Shown: piece after piece, positions 25,007 to 37,988 of the stretch
How the letters are laid out: each line of letters starts with the position of its first letter
Numbering within the stretch: the first letter of the stretch is position 1
Assembly: GCA_964016885.1 (NCBI GenBank)
Contig: OZ024748.1
Span: 15,686,001 to 15,750,000, forward strand
Reading direction: 5' to 3'
Source of the DNA: Eledone cirrhosa
Lineage: Eukaryota
Length of the DNA: 64,000 nucleotides
Program-made: the position numbers and the translations under genes
The notes under the pieces: generated by a model
Seen by the model: only the letters and a program-made list of their open reading frames with translations
Database searches by the model: none
Told to the model about the DNA's origin: nothing

Positions 25007-26336
25007 GTGTGAATGCCATTGAAATATGTATCACAGCTTTATAAATAAAGGATTTTTAAACATCTACACTGGACTGCACATTTATCCTTATCACTTTACA
25101 GAGTATACTTTTTGCAATGAGAAGTGTTTTGATCAAAGACCAAATGTACTGCGCAATATAGGAATGAAACCCACAGCCTTAGGATCTTGGGTCCAACACT
25201 TTAACCACTAGGCCACACACACCCACAATCTGACAATACTGAAAATACAACCACTAGTCTTGCTGCATTAATCACAATCATTGTTGCCATACTCCTAATG
25301 AAATACGCTGCCTATGATTTTTGAAATAATTTTGAAAACAGCCAAAATTTAGACGTATTTAGTTATATAAAGATTGTTTTCCCTATGAAGATGGTGTTTG
25401 GAACACAAAGGTTCTTATAGGAAATTATGATGGAAGGTTTTTAGATAATTATAAACGATTAAAAATAAACAGCCTTATATCATTGAACAGGGGGCAACTT
25501 CAGAGGGTTTGCTGCAAAAAGATTTAACCTGATGTTTGGAACATAAATTAAAAAAGGTTCTTCCATAAAATTATGATGGAAATTTTTTAGATAAATATAA
25601 ACACTTTAAAATAAACAGCTTTGTATCATAGAACGGTTTTAAGCAGTTTGGTATCAAAAGGCTTAAACTATAAATAAATTAAAAATATTAAAGTATTAAA
25701 ATCATCATCATCATCGTTTAACGTCCATCTTCCACGCTAGCATGGGTTTATTATTATTATTATTATTATTATTATCCTTATTACTATCATCATAATCATC
25801 ATCATCAGAATCATCATTGATTACAGTAAAAATAAAAATATATATAAATCTTTTTAACTAATGATGAATTATGAAATTCTGATACGATCATTAAGATCAG
25901 AGGATCGTCAGTTTTGCTTTATTTATCCATATAGATTTTCAAACTAATTTTCTCAATGCATTTTTGGCAGTATTATAGTGAACTGAACCTTATCTAAGAT
26001 AAAAGTTTCCTCTAAATCAACGTATTGTATTTTATCCATAATTAATTTTCATATCAAACTTCTGCTTTGATGAAAAAAATTTTTTTTTTAAATTAAATAA
26101 AGAATAAAATAAAACATAATATATGCAAAATTTTCAAATGCATTTAATTAAAATTAATTCTACTTTGCAACATTTCAAGAATTAAAAAAAAAAATAAATA
26201 AATAAAAGAATATTGAAATCAATAAATGACTATACATGAATTAAATATTTCAATATTTCATGAGCGAGAATTATTAAGTTCAATAGTAGAATATATCATT
26301 TGCTTTGACCAAACTGTCTGCTGCAGATTCAGAGTT

Positions 26337-26396
<60 letters not shown>

Positions 26397-27050
26397 CATA
26401 CATGTGTGAGTATGTAAAAGGTAAACATAAATAATAACACAATTGGTACACTATATGGAAGGAATATATTAGGTTAATGCAGGAAGAGTGTCTTAATGTT
26501 TTGGACGATAGTACTTCATCAGAAGAAAGAATGAGAAATTAGATAGATTGAAAAGGATGGGCAGGAAGTCAGCGAATTCACAGTCATTAGAACATCAAAT
26601 AGAATGCTTTGTGGTATTTCTACTCTCTTAGTTCAAATCTCGTCATGGTCAACTTTGTCTTTCATCCATTTGAGTTCAATAAAATAGCACCAGTCTAGTA
26701 CTGGGGTTGATTCTTCCTCTATATCTCTTTCTCACATCCATTCTCTCATTCTCTATCCTTTTATGCAAAAAATCTGCTGTATTTAGACAAGATAAATGCA
26801 CACCCTGCCAAAAAAAAAAGCCCTAAGTGCATATATTCATAAATTTCTGTGTGGTTATCAATTCACTCTACAACCACAGGGTGTTAGGTTTAGTCTTACT
26901 ACTACATGGCACCTTGGGAAAGTGTCTTCTACTATAGCTTCAGATTGACCAATGCCTTTTGAGTGGAATTTGGTAGTTCAGACCTGCTTTTTCTTGAAGA
27001 AATTCTATCCCAGTTCACTCTCCTCTATCTTTAATTTCTCATTCTATTTT

Positions 27051-27080
27051 CTGATGAAGGACTAGTGTCTGAAACGTTAT
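27051..27080 (+). ncRNA. Hammerhead-core motif in a Penelope-like dispersed repeat (stems I and III not convincing)
   Basis: CTGATGA-A-GGAC-tagt-GTCT-GAAAC; homologues at 56174 (+) and about 26495-26522 (-). Confidence 0.4.
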
Positions 27081-27272
27081 GACTTTTTCTACTATATCAA
27101 CTGTGAAACTAATATATATCTTCATTGTACTTCATCATCTTTTCGCATATATACACATATATTTATTTGTGTGCATTTACTTCTGTTTTTGTATTTATAT
27201 CCCATAACTTAGCTGGTCAACAAAAAGAGATTGATAAAATAAGTACCAGAATTAAAAAATAAGTACTGAGAT

Positions 27273-27323
<51 letters not shown>

Positions 27324-27395
27324 TATATACATGCATATATACATATATACACATATAGATACATATACAAACATAAATACATATGCATACACAGA

Positions 27396-27427
<32 letters not shown>

Positions 27428-27647
27428 CATACATGCATGTGTGTGTATGTGTAATATTTCTCTCTGCATATAGTGTTTTAACAGCTGCAGGGTATAAATC
27501 TTATTTTACTGGATATATTGAAGTGTTTGTATTGGATCTCTCTAGCTTCCAATGGCAAGTGTTCCAGTTGTTTGAATAATGGTACAGCCAGCTTGGAAGT
27601 GGTTGAGCATTCCGCAGCTGAAAGTGAGTACCAGCAATAGTTGGGGT

Positions 27648-27875
27648 TTAACCTTTAGCATTTAAACTGGCCATAACCAGCCAGAATTCTTTCACCTCTT
27701 TCTGTTCAAACTGGCCATAACTGGTCACTCATACTGAAGTTAAGGTACTGTTCTCAAAATAAATAACATTGAAATCTCATAGCTTCTATATTATGTGAGA
27801 TAATTATGTGAGATAAAGTGTTTACTGTGAAAATACAATAGTAAATATAGAGTAATGTAAATGCTAAAGGTTTAA
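27648..27875 (-). mobile_element. piggyBac-type MITE P1 inserted in an older SINE
   Basis: TTAA at both ends; the flanks rejoin into the sequence seen uninterrupted at 36670-36815. Confidence 0.8.
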
Positions 27876-28045
27876 CCCTGTGAAATGCTGGCATCCAGTC
27901 CTGGATGGTAGAGTCTTATATTCTTAGCTGCTTCATGCCACGGAAACCAGGATAAGCACCATCCTGGTGAACCTCAGGGCTTGAGATGCACATTATACAA
28001 GATGTGGGATCAAATCTGAGACCCAATGATTGCAAAGCCAACTTC

Positions 28046-28242
28046 TTAACCCTTTAGCATTGACATTACTCTATATATACTATTGTATTGTCACAGTAAA
28101 GGCTTTATCTCACATAATATCAGAGCTATGAGATTTCGATGTTATTTATTTTGTGAACAATACCTTAACATAAGTATGAGCGGCCACTTACAGCCAGTTT
28201 GAACAGAAAGGTGAGAGAATTCTGGCCAGATATAGCTGGTTC
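28046..28242 (+). mobile_element. piggyBac-type MITE P1, right end missing
   Basis: ttaaccctttagcatt start and body match to the other copies. Confidence 0.75.
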
Positions 28243-28519
28243 ATCTGTGACAATGCTGACTTTCAATTACAGATACAACTTACTTTTGCCAAGCTGTGTG
28301 GACAAGACTGGTCAGGAGCTATGTAATATCAAGTGTCTTGCCTCAAGGCCACACTATGCTGTCAGGAATAGTTACAATTCATAACATATTTAATTCTGGT
28401 TATTTACAGCAAATCCTTCTTTACTGCCAAACAGTTTCTCATATACTTGAGTAGAAATTGCATACGCAATGATATTATGAAGGAAATATATATTTTCATG
28501 GAGAAAATTGGGAGCTCTT

Positions 28520-28800
28520 CTTTCAATATTATAATGTAGAGCAAAGGAGCTGCGGGATGGTATGGTTATTACAGAGTATTGGAGTTATTATATACAACAA
28601 AAGAGCTGTAGATTGGTAGGGTTATTACAGAGTTTGGGAGTTATATACAGCAAGAGAGATGTAGATTGGTAGATTTATTATGAGAACATCTGAGCTAATA
28701 TATAGAGCAACAGAGATGTGGTTTGGTTGATTTATTATAGAGTGTTCGAGTTATGTACAATAAGAGTTTTGTGGATTGTTAAGTTTATTATGAGAACATC
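28520..28800. repeat. Degenerate minisatellite, about 55-60 bp unit, 5 copies
   Basis: Recurrent agagatgtagattggtag.tttatta.agag...gagttat. Confidence 0.7.
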
Positions 28801-29413
28801 GGAATAAACACTGTAGTATTTGTCCAAGTTCTTTAAATTCAGAGATCAAATAATGCTGTTAGCTTTGCCTTTCATCCTTTCTTAGTCAATAAAATAATGG
28901 AACAGTCCAGAACAGAGGATTAGCTGAATTGTTAGAGCATTGGGTTAACTATTTTCTGTATTTGTTCCAGCTCTTTACATTGAAAGTTCAAACTGTGTCA
29001 AAGTTAACTTTGCCTTTCATCCTTCTGCAACCAATAAACGAAACTACCATTCATATACTGGGAGTTCATTTAATCAACTGATTGAGAAATGGGCAAAAAT
29101 TCAAACCCTGTTTATAAGTCCACAGAGTTAATCAACATATGTTTAAATAGCGAATATAAGCTAACCCCACGCTCCATTTTACCATCGATTTTTTTTTAGT
29201 CACATATTCCTCAGCTTATATTCGAGTATATACAATAAATGTATGTGAAAAAAGCAGCTGACTTCAAAAACATTTGGAAAATTTGTAACTTTTCATGTGT
29301 GCATCTTCAGGCATTTGACCATACACATAGTTCATTACTATAAACTAGTTTCAAAGCATTGGATACATTACCTGATTTTCTTAGCTATTATTTATAATGA
29401 TTGACAATTATTA

Positions 29414-30296
29414 TTCAATTCAATTCAATTCAATTCAATATATTTGGCAGAAATTAAAACATAGATGCTTCAGATGCCATGTAAGGAGAGGAGGGGGGCA
29501 AAATTTACAAAGTCGGAAACACAGGTCCAATTTCGCCTTGAATTGTTGCATGGTTGACGCGTTGACTACTTCTTCTGGAAGCCGATTCCAGGGTCCAGAG
29601 ATGCGGATCAAGAAAGCAGCTTTCCGTCTATTTAGGCAAAAGCGGCGGTGAAACAGCTTTTTGTCATGTCCACGTTTACCCTTTTCAAGTGCCGGAGTGA
29701 ATAGGAGATCTTGAGGGAGATCGTAATGGCCGTTGAAGAGATTGTAAGCCAAAATGAGATCGCCTCTCAGTCGTCGACGCTCCAAGGAGAAGAGGTTCAG
29801 CTTCTGCAGCCGGCTTTCGTAGGGCAGCTCATGAAGACCCTGTACCATTCGAGTCGCTAGTCGTTGAACTCTCTCCAAGTGATGGATATCCCGGATGAGA
29901 TATGGATTTGATGCTTGGATACCATATTCTAGGTGCGGTCTCACGAGGGCGACATAGAGAGGCCTAAAAATTTCTGGAGTGAGTTTGGCAAAGGAGCGTC
30001 GAATAAGAAAAAGAGAGCTCCTTGCCTTGTTTGCGGCTTGGATGCAATGTTTTGATGGTTTGAAGGACGAGTCGACCAGCAGACCAAGATCTTTAGTCTC
30101 CTCAACCTCCTTCAAAGGAGTAGTGCCACCGTTGAAGGTAAGAGCTGAGTTATAAGGTGTACCCACTGCCATATGGCAACACTTATCGACATTGAGGTAT
30201 AAATCCCAGTCAAAGGACCAACTCCAGACGCGCTGGAGGCTGGACTTGAGACTGTCGATGTCGATCTCGCTCCTACGGGCTACCATTTTCACATCA
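29414..30296 (-). mobile_element. Young 5'-truncated CR1-clade LINE: C-terminal reverse transcriptase region, open frame
   Basis: Uninterrupted ORF from DVKMV through KDLG, LYVALVRPHLEYG, LERVQRLATRMV, SLERRRLRGDLI, WNRLPEEVVNA and FKAKLD; (TTGAA)n 3' tail; sharp GC shift. The N-terminal part of the 333-aa ORF above about 30300 is flanking DNA. Confidence 0.92.
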
Positions 30297-31727
30297 TTGT
30301 CGTCATCTGCATTGGGATACACACATTTCAAATGTAAATGTGTGTACTTTAACAAGACATTTTTAAAACCAATACAAACATGATCTATAAAATTGTGTGT
30401 TTTAACAAGACATTTTTTTTTTAATAATACAGTCATAATGTATGAATGTGTGTTTGTGGTAACAAGGTTTTTTTTTAAGCCAATACCTAAATGTTTTATA
30501 CACTAATAACAGCAATCCTCTTTGATCTAAGTGCAATGTTCTTATAGATTTTCTCCTGATAATCTTAGAAAAGAAACAGAAAGGCAGCTTTATCTCTCAT
30601 GGGAAAGATACTATATTCCCCATTCTGCCTTTCACATTGATGTAATATGTTCAGTTACAGGTTATGTACCTATCACACATCAACTCCAATTCTCTCTATG
30701 TGCTAGAAAGGATGTCAGTTCTACAGCTTCTGGAAATATTATTTATATTTATATTTTCTTCATAATATACTAATTCAACATTCCATGGCAATTTAATAAA
30801 ATCATGCAATTTACAGAGTTATTGGGGATGGCATCTTCCTTAAATAAGCGATTAGTAGCCTGAGGCATCAATTATCACAATATCACATTCTGAATGCAGA
30901 AAGAAAAAGCCTAGATATAAATCAGAACTTAATTTCTTTCTGTAAACGCTATACATACAACAATGGTGTCTGTATAGCATAAAGTTTTAAATACTAAACA
31001 GTTGTTTAGCTTTACCATTACCATGTGTATAGCAGTCTAAAACAGAACATAGGTGATAGAATCACAAATACTAAAATTCTTGTGAATCGCTACCATTAAA
31101 ACAGCAAATACAATTGCCTTTTTATAATAATTACTCCTATTTACACTATTACCGATCTCTTACAGTGCGTTGCTTCCATGTTAACACTTTAATCCTAATC
31201 AATACTGCTAAAACCACAGCTACTGGAGGCTACTTCATACCAGCCCACTACAATTAAATCAACAGTAATCTTAGCAGAACTTTCTGCATAATTTCATGTG
31301 CTCTGCAATTAGTTCCATTATCACTGCAGCAATGCATGTTATTAATACCAGCAACTATTGCAACAACTGGTCATATCAAATCACTTTAAATAAAATTGGA
31401 ATTCCAAAGATAATCGCAAGCTTTGCTCTCTAAGTAATAAAGTTAACAGAGCAGTAAAACTAGCAATTATTCAGAAGATGGATAATTACAGAAATCTTCA
31501 GATGTGATTCTAAGAGATTAATGAAAAAGTCTTCTGGATAAAGTCAGACTAACTTTGTATTAATGCTTATATAAAATAGTTGTGGTTAAAGTGTGCATCT
31601 TATGATTGCAATGTCTCAAGAAAATAATCCATTTGAAAAACAGATTAGTGAAATGGTATGGTACCATAAATGAAAGGAATATGTCTGAAAATTGAAAATG
31701 AAAGATTGTAATAAACATTTCTAATAC

Positions 31728-31795
31728 TGTGTGTGTATATGTGTGTGTGTGTATATATATATGTGTGTGTATATATATATATATATGTGTGTATA

Positions 31796-31866
<71 letters not shown>

Positions 31867-31869
31867 ATA

Positions 31870-31908
<39 letters not shown>

Positions 31909-31915
31909 GTGTATA

Positions 31916-32008
<93 letters not shown>

Positions 32009-32030
32009 TTACATACACACACACACATAC
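31728..32030. repeat. (TA)n/(TG)n microsatellite
   Basis: Directly visible. Confidence 0.95.
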
Positions 32031-32419
32031 AATGTCATTGCTTTGTTTCATACCTAATCCAGATCTGATTAGATCTTTAAGTTGGTATTGTAATTAATGT
32101 CAGAATGAGAATGTAAACTATTGAGCAGTCTATTACAATTGGTATTTACTATCTTGTTCTTATTCTCTGATCTATTCCACTGGAAGTCTACAGAGGCAGA
32201 GAGGGAGAGAGAAAATTAGAGAATCACCTTCACTGATCAAAAGGCAATAGCTAAGCAGAAAGTTAGGTTAAAAGCTTTCCTTCTCAGACTGGTAATTTAG
32301 TAATAAAAGATAAATTGAAAAAACAAACATATACACACACACACACGTGTGTGTAGAATAATATATTTATATACACACAAACTATATATGTGTGTGTGTG
32401 TGTAGACTAATATACATAT

Positions 32420-32466
32420 AAACACACACACACATATATATATATACACCTATACATATAAGTAGA

Positions 32467-32501
<35 letters not shown>

Positions 32502-32580
32502 TATAGTATATATATATATAGAATATATATATATATATATATACACATATATATAGAATATATATATATATATATATAGA

Positions 32581-32613
<33 letters not shown>

Positions 32614-32784
32614 TATAGAATATATATATATATACACATATATATAGAATATATATATATATATTCTATATATATATATATATACACATATATATAGAAT
32701 ATATATATATATATAATATATATATATATATATACACATATATATAGAATATATATAATATATATATATACACATATATATAGA

Positions 32785-32815
<31 letters not shown>

Positions 32816-32859
32816 TATAGAATATATACACCTATACATATATATAGTATATATATATA

Positions 32860-32900
<41 letters not shown>

Positions 32901-33259
32901 TATAGAATATATATATATATATATACACATATATATAGAATATATATATATATACACATATATATAGAATATATATATATATTGTTATACTTTGGGAGGG
33001 TCATGTTGCCAATAAGAAACACACGCACCAGTTGCTTTCACTTCAATTTATTATATATTTATAAATTTATAAATTTACAAATCTACAAACTTATAAATTT
33101 CTGGTTGGTTGGTTGGTTCCACAACCAGATAGTTGTTTATATATAGTCATAGTCCTTTCGTCACACACTCTGTGACCTCTTCAGTGACTGGGGATTCCTT
33201 TCTTTGTTTCTGTGCCTTTCCTTTCTTCTATCCTACGCCATTTTGTTTCTGTGTGTGTA

Positions 33260-33290
<31 letters not shown>

Positions 33291-33340
33291 TATAGAATAT
33301 ATATAATATATATATATATATATACACATATATATATAGA

Positions 33341-33373
<33 letters not shown>

Positions 33374-33379
33374 TATAGA

Positions 33380-33410
<31 letters not shown>

Positions 33411-33416
33411 TATAGA

Positions 33417-33449
<33 letters not shown>

Positions 33450-33488
33450 TATATATATATACATATATGTAGAATATATATATATATA
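32420..33488. repeat. Patterned (TA)n array with periodic cacatatatatagaa, interrupted at 32981-33258 by a unique cassette
   Basis: Same higher-order pattern on both sides of the cassette. Confidence 0.9.
33145..33189 (-). ncRNA. Minimal type I hammerhead ribozyme (Penelope-associated form)
   Basis: Minus strand AGUCA-CUGAAGA-G-GUCAC-agagugu-GUGAC-GAAA-GGAC-UA-UGACU: core boxes, 5-bp stem II, 5-bp stem I and a minimal stem III. Confidence 0.7.
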
Positions 33489-33759
33489 ACAGATGTTGGT
33501 AAAAGTTAATCACTAAAAAGAGTTATGCAGTATCTGAAGAACTGTTCCATATGTAATTTGCATGTTAAGTTTTTAGTCTTTGTAACACATAAAAAAAAAA
33601 CTAACGAGAGAGAGATATTGGGTCATGCCAGTAAGTAGAGTATTAGAGTCTGTCACTTCAAAAGAACATAAATTATTGCCAGGTAAATAGAGAAATAACT
33701 TAATTAGAAAGAGCGTTCATTATTTCAGTGTTAGGTTGGAGTTCAGTAAGAACAACTTC

Positions 33760-33925
33760 TGAAGAAGAAGAAGAAAAAAAGAAAGGAAAGAAAGAAAGAA
33801 GGAAAGAAGGAAGGAAGGGAAGAAGGAAGGAAGGACGGAAAGAAAGAAGGATTGAAGGAGAGAAAGAAGGAAATAAAGAGAGAAGGAAAGAGAAAGAAAG
33901 AAAGAAAGAAAGAAAGAAAGGGAAG
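33760..33925. repeat. Polypurine (GAA/GAAG/GAAA)n tract
   Basis: Directly visible. Confidence 0.9.
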
Positions 33926-34085
33926 GATGAGCTAAAAGCTATTTATCAAGATTCCTTAAATTTCTAAATAATTAATTCCAAGATATTCGTTCTTACTCAA
34001 AACGCAGAGGAAACTGTATATATACACACACACACATATACACACACAGATACACATATATACACACACACTTTGTTAGTTTCAG

Positions 34086-34150
34086 AAGATCCCGTTAAGG
34101 GTGAAAGCAGCGATTCTTTGCTTAAACTTTAATCTGTTATTTTAATAAAT

Positions 34151-34181
<31 letters not shown>

Positions 34182-34388
34182 CACGCACACACACACATAT
34201 ATATATACACACACACGGTGTCTGAACAAATGTATACACACTTGTTAGAACGCTGTTGAAGTGTGTATACATTTTTGGGGACACCTTGTGTGTGTCCGTG
34301 TGTGTGTATATACATACACATATGTATATTAAAATAACAGATTAAAGCTTAAGCAAATAATCGCTGCTTTCAGCCTTAACGGGATCTT
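34086..34388. mobile_element. Foldback element with arms of about 65 bp and a central mini Tc1-type MITE (34214-34288)
   Basis: aagatcccgttaagggtgaaagcagcgatt... versus ...aatcgctgctttcagccttaacgggatctt; inner ggtgtc..aaatgtatacacactt / aagtgtgtatacattttt.gggacacc. Confidence 0.75.
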
Positions 34389-35809
34389 TGGATTTTAGCC
34401 TTCACATTTATTATTATATATATACATATATATATAATAGACAAAAATTAAATATACAGAAGATCTGAACTGGTTACTGTAACAGTATATAACTTACAAC
34501 TCGGATTTAATTATTAAATTATATTTTTTTATGATACATTCTTAACCCTTTCAATACCAATATTTCTAATAAAACACAATGCCTATGATTTTCAAATAAT
34601 TTTTCGAAATATACAACAATTTGAAAGGATTTAGTAATTTAACTAACTTTCTTGTTATTCCTAGAAAATACGTCTTATCATTAATTATATGTTAATCGTG
34701 CAAATAACAAGTGAATTATACAAAGCAAATAAATAAATTTACAATAGAATAACATAACAAATATGTTTTAAATATATACATAAATAACATTACAAATGCT
34801 TAGGTAACATTATAAATAGCTCGCGATTCTTCCAGAAGGATATATTCTTTTAATGTTGCAATATTAAAGAAAAGGATGAGGTGAACAACTAAGCCAACAC
34901 CAAAGCAAAAGACAGCAGAGTCGTGAGGGTTAAACAGCATATTCAAGAAGACATCTATCATCATCATTTTTATGTCTGCTTATCCATGCTTGAACGGGTT
35001 GGACTATATATGTGTGTGTGTGTGTGTATATATATGGAGAGAGAGAGAGGGAGAGAGAAAGAGAGAGAGAGAGAGAGATACACCTCCATCAATGAAACGA
35101 ACTACACATACAGAGAGAGAAAGAGAGACACAGAAGCAATAATGCATACCTATGATATGCATTCCATCTTTTCATCTCCACTCACAGCACCACCACCCAT
35201 GACACATCTGGACCACTCTGCACACTGGACTACTTTCCTTCTCACTCACCTTTTTAAGAGGGGGATGAGGAGAAAGGAGAGAGAAAGAGAGAGAATGCGT
35301 TTATATTTGTCTATAGCATTGACTAAAACTAAAACCTAGATGTAAGAAACTCTCAGGAGAGCTGGGCAGCAGCAGGTCTTCATGGAAAAACGCCCTCCCA
35401 CCTCAAGCAAGTGTTTTGGTCCTTAACTTTGTTAGTAAAAAACAGCTTTGCAACAAAACACTTAATAGACCAATCATTTATTTAAATGATTATAAAACAT
35501 ACACTAGGACGAATCAGATAAAAACCTAACTTTTATTATAGAAACTTTTATAAGCATGTAATAAAATATAAATTTTTCATGTGAATTTAATTGATAATAT
35601 GAGTAGTAAAAATATTTTAAACTGGTAACCATGGTGATCAAAGTAATTTGAGTTGGTAAGTATAGCATTTAAAAACACTCTCTATCAAAACATTTAAGAG
35701 CAGATCAAAGAGCAAAGTTTTAAAGGAATTGATCTACCACCACCCCCAACAACAACACCCTTACAACCACTAAGAACCTCTGACCCACATTAGCCCTCTG
35801 CTACTACTA

Positions 35810-36395
35810 CAACAGCATCACCCCCATGCATACTCCACCTTCACCAAAAACCCCTAATCTCCATTACCACTCGAACAGCATCACCCCCATCCACACTCCA
35901 CCTTCATCAAAACCCCTAAACCCTATTACCACTGCAACAGCATCACCCCCATTCACACTCCACCTTCACCAAAAACCCTAATCTCCATTACCACTCGAAC
36001 AGCATCACCCCCATTCACACTCCACCTTCACTAAAAACCCTTAAACCCCATTACCACTCCAACAGCATCACCCCCATCCATACTCCACCTTCACCAAAAA
36101 ACCCTTAAACCCCATTACCACTCCAACAGCATCATCCACACTCCACCTTCACCAAAAAACCCTAACCCCCACTACCACTTCGACAACATCACCCCCATCC
36201 ACACTCCACCTTCACCAAAAAACCCTTAAACCCCATTACCACTCCAACAGCATCACCCCCATCCACACTCCACCTTCACCAAAAAACTCTTAATCCCCAT
36301 TACCACTCCAACAGCATCACCCCCATCCACACTCCACCTTCACCAAAAAACCCTAACCCCCACTACCACTTCGACAACATCATTCCCATCCACCA
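35810..36395. repeat. C-rich minisatellite, about 62-bp unit, about 9 copies
   Basis: aacagcatcacccccatccacactccaccttcaccaaaaaacccttaaaccccattaccactcc. Confidence 0.92.
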
Positions 36396-36659
36396 CCTCC
36401 TCAAGTATGTTTAGTAATTATTTTATCAATTCCTCTTTTGTTGAACTGCTAAGTTACAGGACATAAACATGAACATTACTGAATCTTAAACGATCACAGT
36501 TTTACTCAAGTTTGTATAATTTAATTGAATGAGAAATAATTTTATGTGAACAAGAAAAAAATAATACTAAACATTTTTCTTGTGGCAAATTCGTGCATAT
36601 TGTAGTTTTGGCCTACAGGTCTCTGTGTTGGACTTACAATCATAATTAATTTCATGTTG

Positions 36660-36820
36660 CACCAGTATACTCAGCTGAAAATGAGTAGTACCAGTAATAG
36701 CCAGGGGATTAACCATACGATGGACTGGCGTCCTGTCCAAAGGGAGTTGTGTGCTCTCAGTCGCGTAATACCATAGAAACCAGGATAAGCACCAGCCTGA
36801 TGAGCCTCCCAGCTCACGAC
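36660..36820 (+). mobile_element. Old SINE remnant with a V/Meta-like central domain
   Basis: cgatggactggcgtcctgtcca...agtcgc...agaaaccaggataagcaccagcctgatgagcc resembles recalled widely shared metazoan SINE central domains. Confidence 0.5.
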
Positions 36821-36914
36821 AGGCTTTAGAATTTTTTCTAGGCCTAGGGGTCTAATTACACAGACACCAGCACTACTGTTATCTCTATGGAAATATGAGT
36901 AACTATAGCCCTAT

Positions 36915-37485
36915 TATTTCTGGCCTAGGTGTCTAAATACCTAGCAATTAGCTACAACCCAGTTAATTCTGGCCTAGGTGTCTAAATACCCAGAGTTTAC
37001 CTACAACCCAATTAATTCTAGCCTAGGTGTTTAAATACCCAGAGTTTACCTACAACCCAAATAATTCTAGCCTAGATGTCTAAATACCCAGAGTTTACCT
37101 ACAACCCAATTAATTCTAGCCTAGGCGTCTAAATACCCAGAGTTTACATACAACCCAATTAATTCTAGCCTAGGTGTCTAAATACCCAGAGTTTACCTAC
37201 AACCCAATTAATTCTAGCCTAGGTGTTTAAATACCTAGAGTTTACATACAACACAATTAATTCTAGCCAAGGTGTTTAAATAGCCAGAGTTTACCTACAA
37301 CCCAATTAATTCTAGCTTAGGTGTTTAAATACCCAGAGTTTACATACGACACAATTAATTCTAGCCTAGGTGTTTAAATACCCAGAGTTTACTTATAACG
37401 CAATTAATTCTGGCCGAGGGGTCTAAATACCAAGAGTTTACCTACAACCCAGTTAATTCTGGCCGACAAGTCTAAATATACAGGC
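36915..37485. repeat. 49-bp minisatellite, about 11-12 copies
   Basis: ttctagcctaggtgtctaaatacccagagtttacctacaacccaattaa. Confidence 0.95.
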
Positions 37486-37931
37486 ATCAGCTGTGCAGTT
37501 ATCTCTATGGAAATAGGAGTTTAACCATAGCCGAATGTTATGTAAAGGGATTAGCTGTAGTATACTGAGTTGTTTAGATTTTAAAATCAGCTTCCCAAAA
37601 GAAGGATTAACAGTTATGTCATTTAGTCCAGATATTGACTGTTCATTTAATATATATTGGAGTTCGGTTGATATAAACAAAACCTGGCAGTAAACAAACT
37701 ACTTAGAAGGATTTAATTTTACTTTTGAAAAACAATCTTCAATAAACACACACAGATACATACGTATGTATATATATATATACACACATAGACACATGTG
37801 AGTGTGTATGTGTGTGTATATGAGAAAGTTTACCCTTTATATATTTCTACCCCATTGTACGGGCTTTCTGAAACTTAGTCATTTATTACATATTTCACAA
37901 TACTTCATATTAACTCTACTACTTTATAATT

Positions 37932-37984
<53 letters not shown>

Positions 37985-37988
<4 letters not shown>

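Noticed and set aside
29288-29310. Additional hammerhead-like CTGAAGA...GAAA on the minus strand
   Set aside because: Stem II is too weak and there is no stem I; likely chance
30297-30436. N-terminal part of the 333-aa ORF as a real protein start
   Set aside because: AT-rich flank with a short local tandem repeat, in frame by chance upstream of the LINE truncation point
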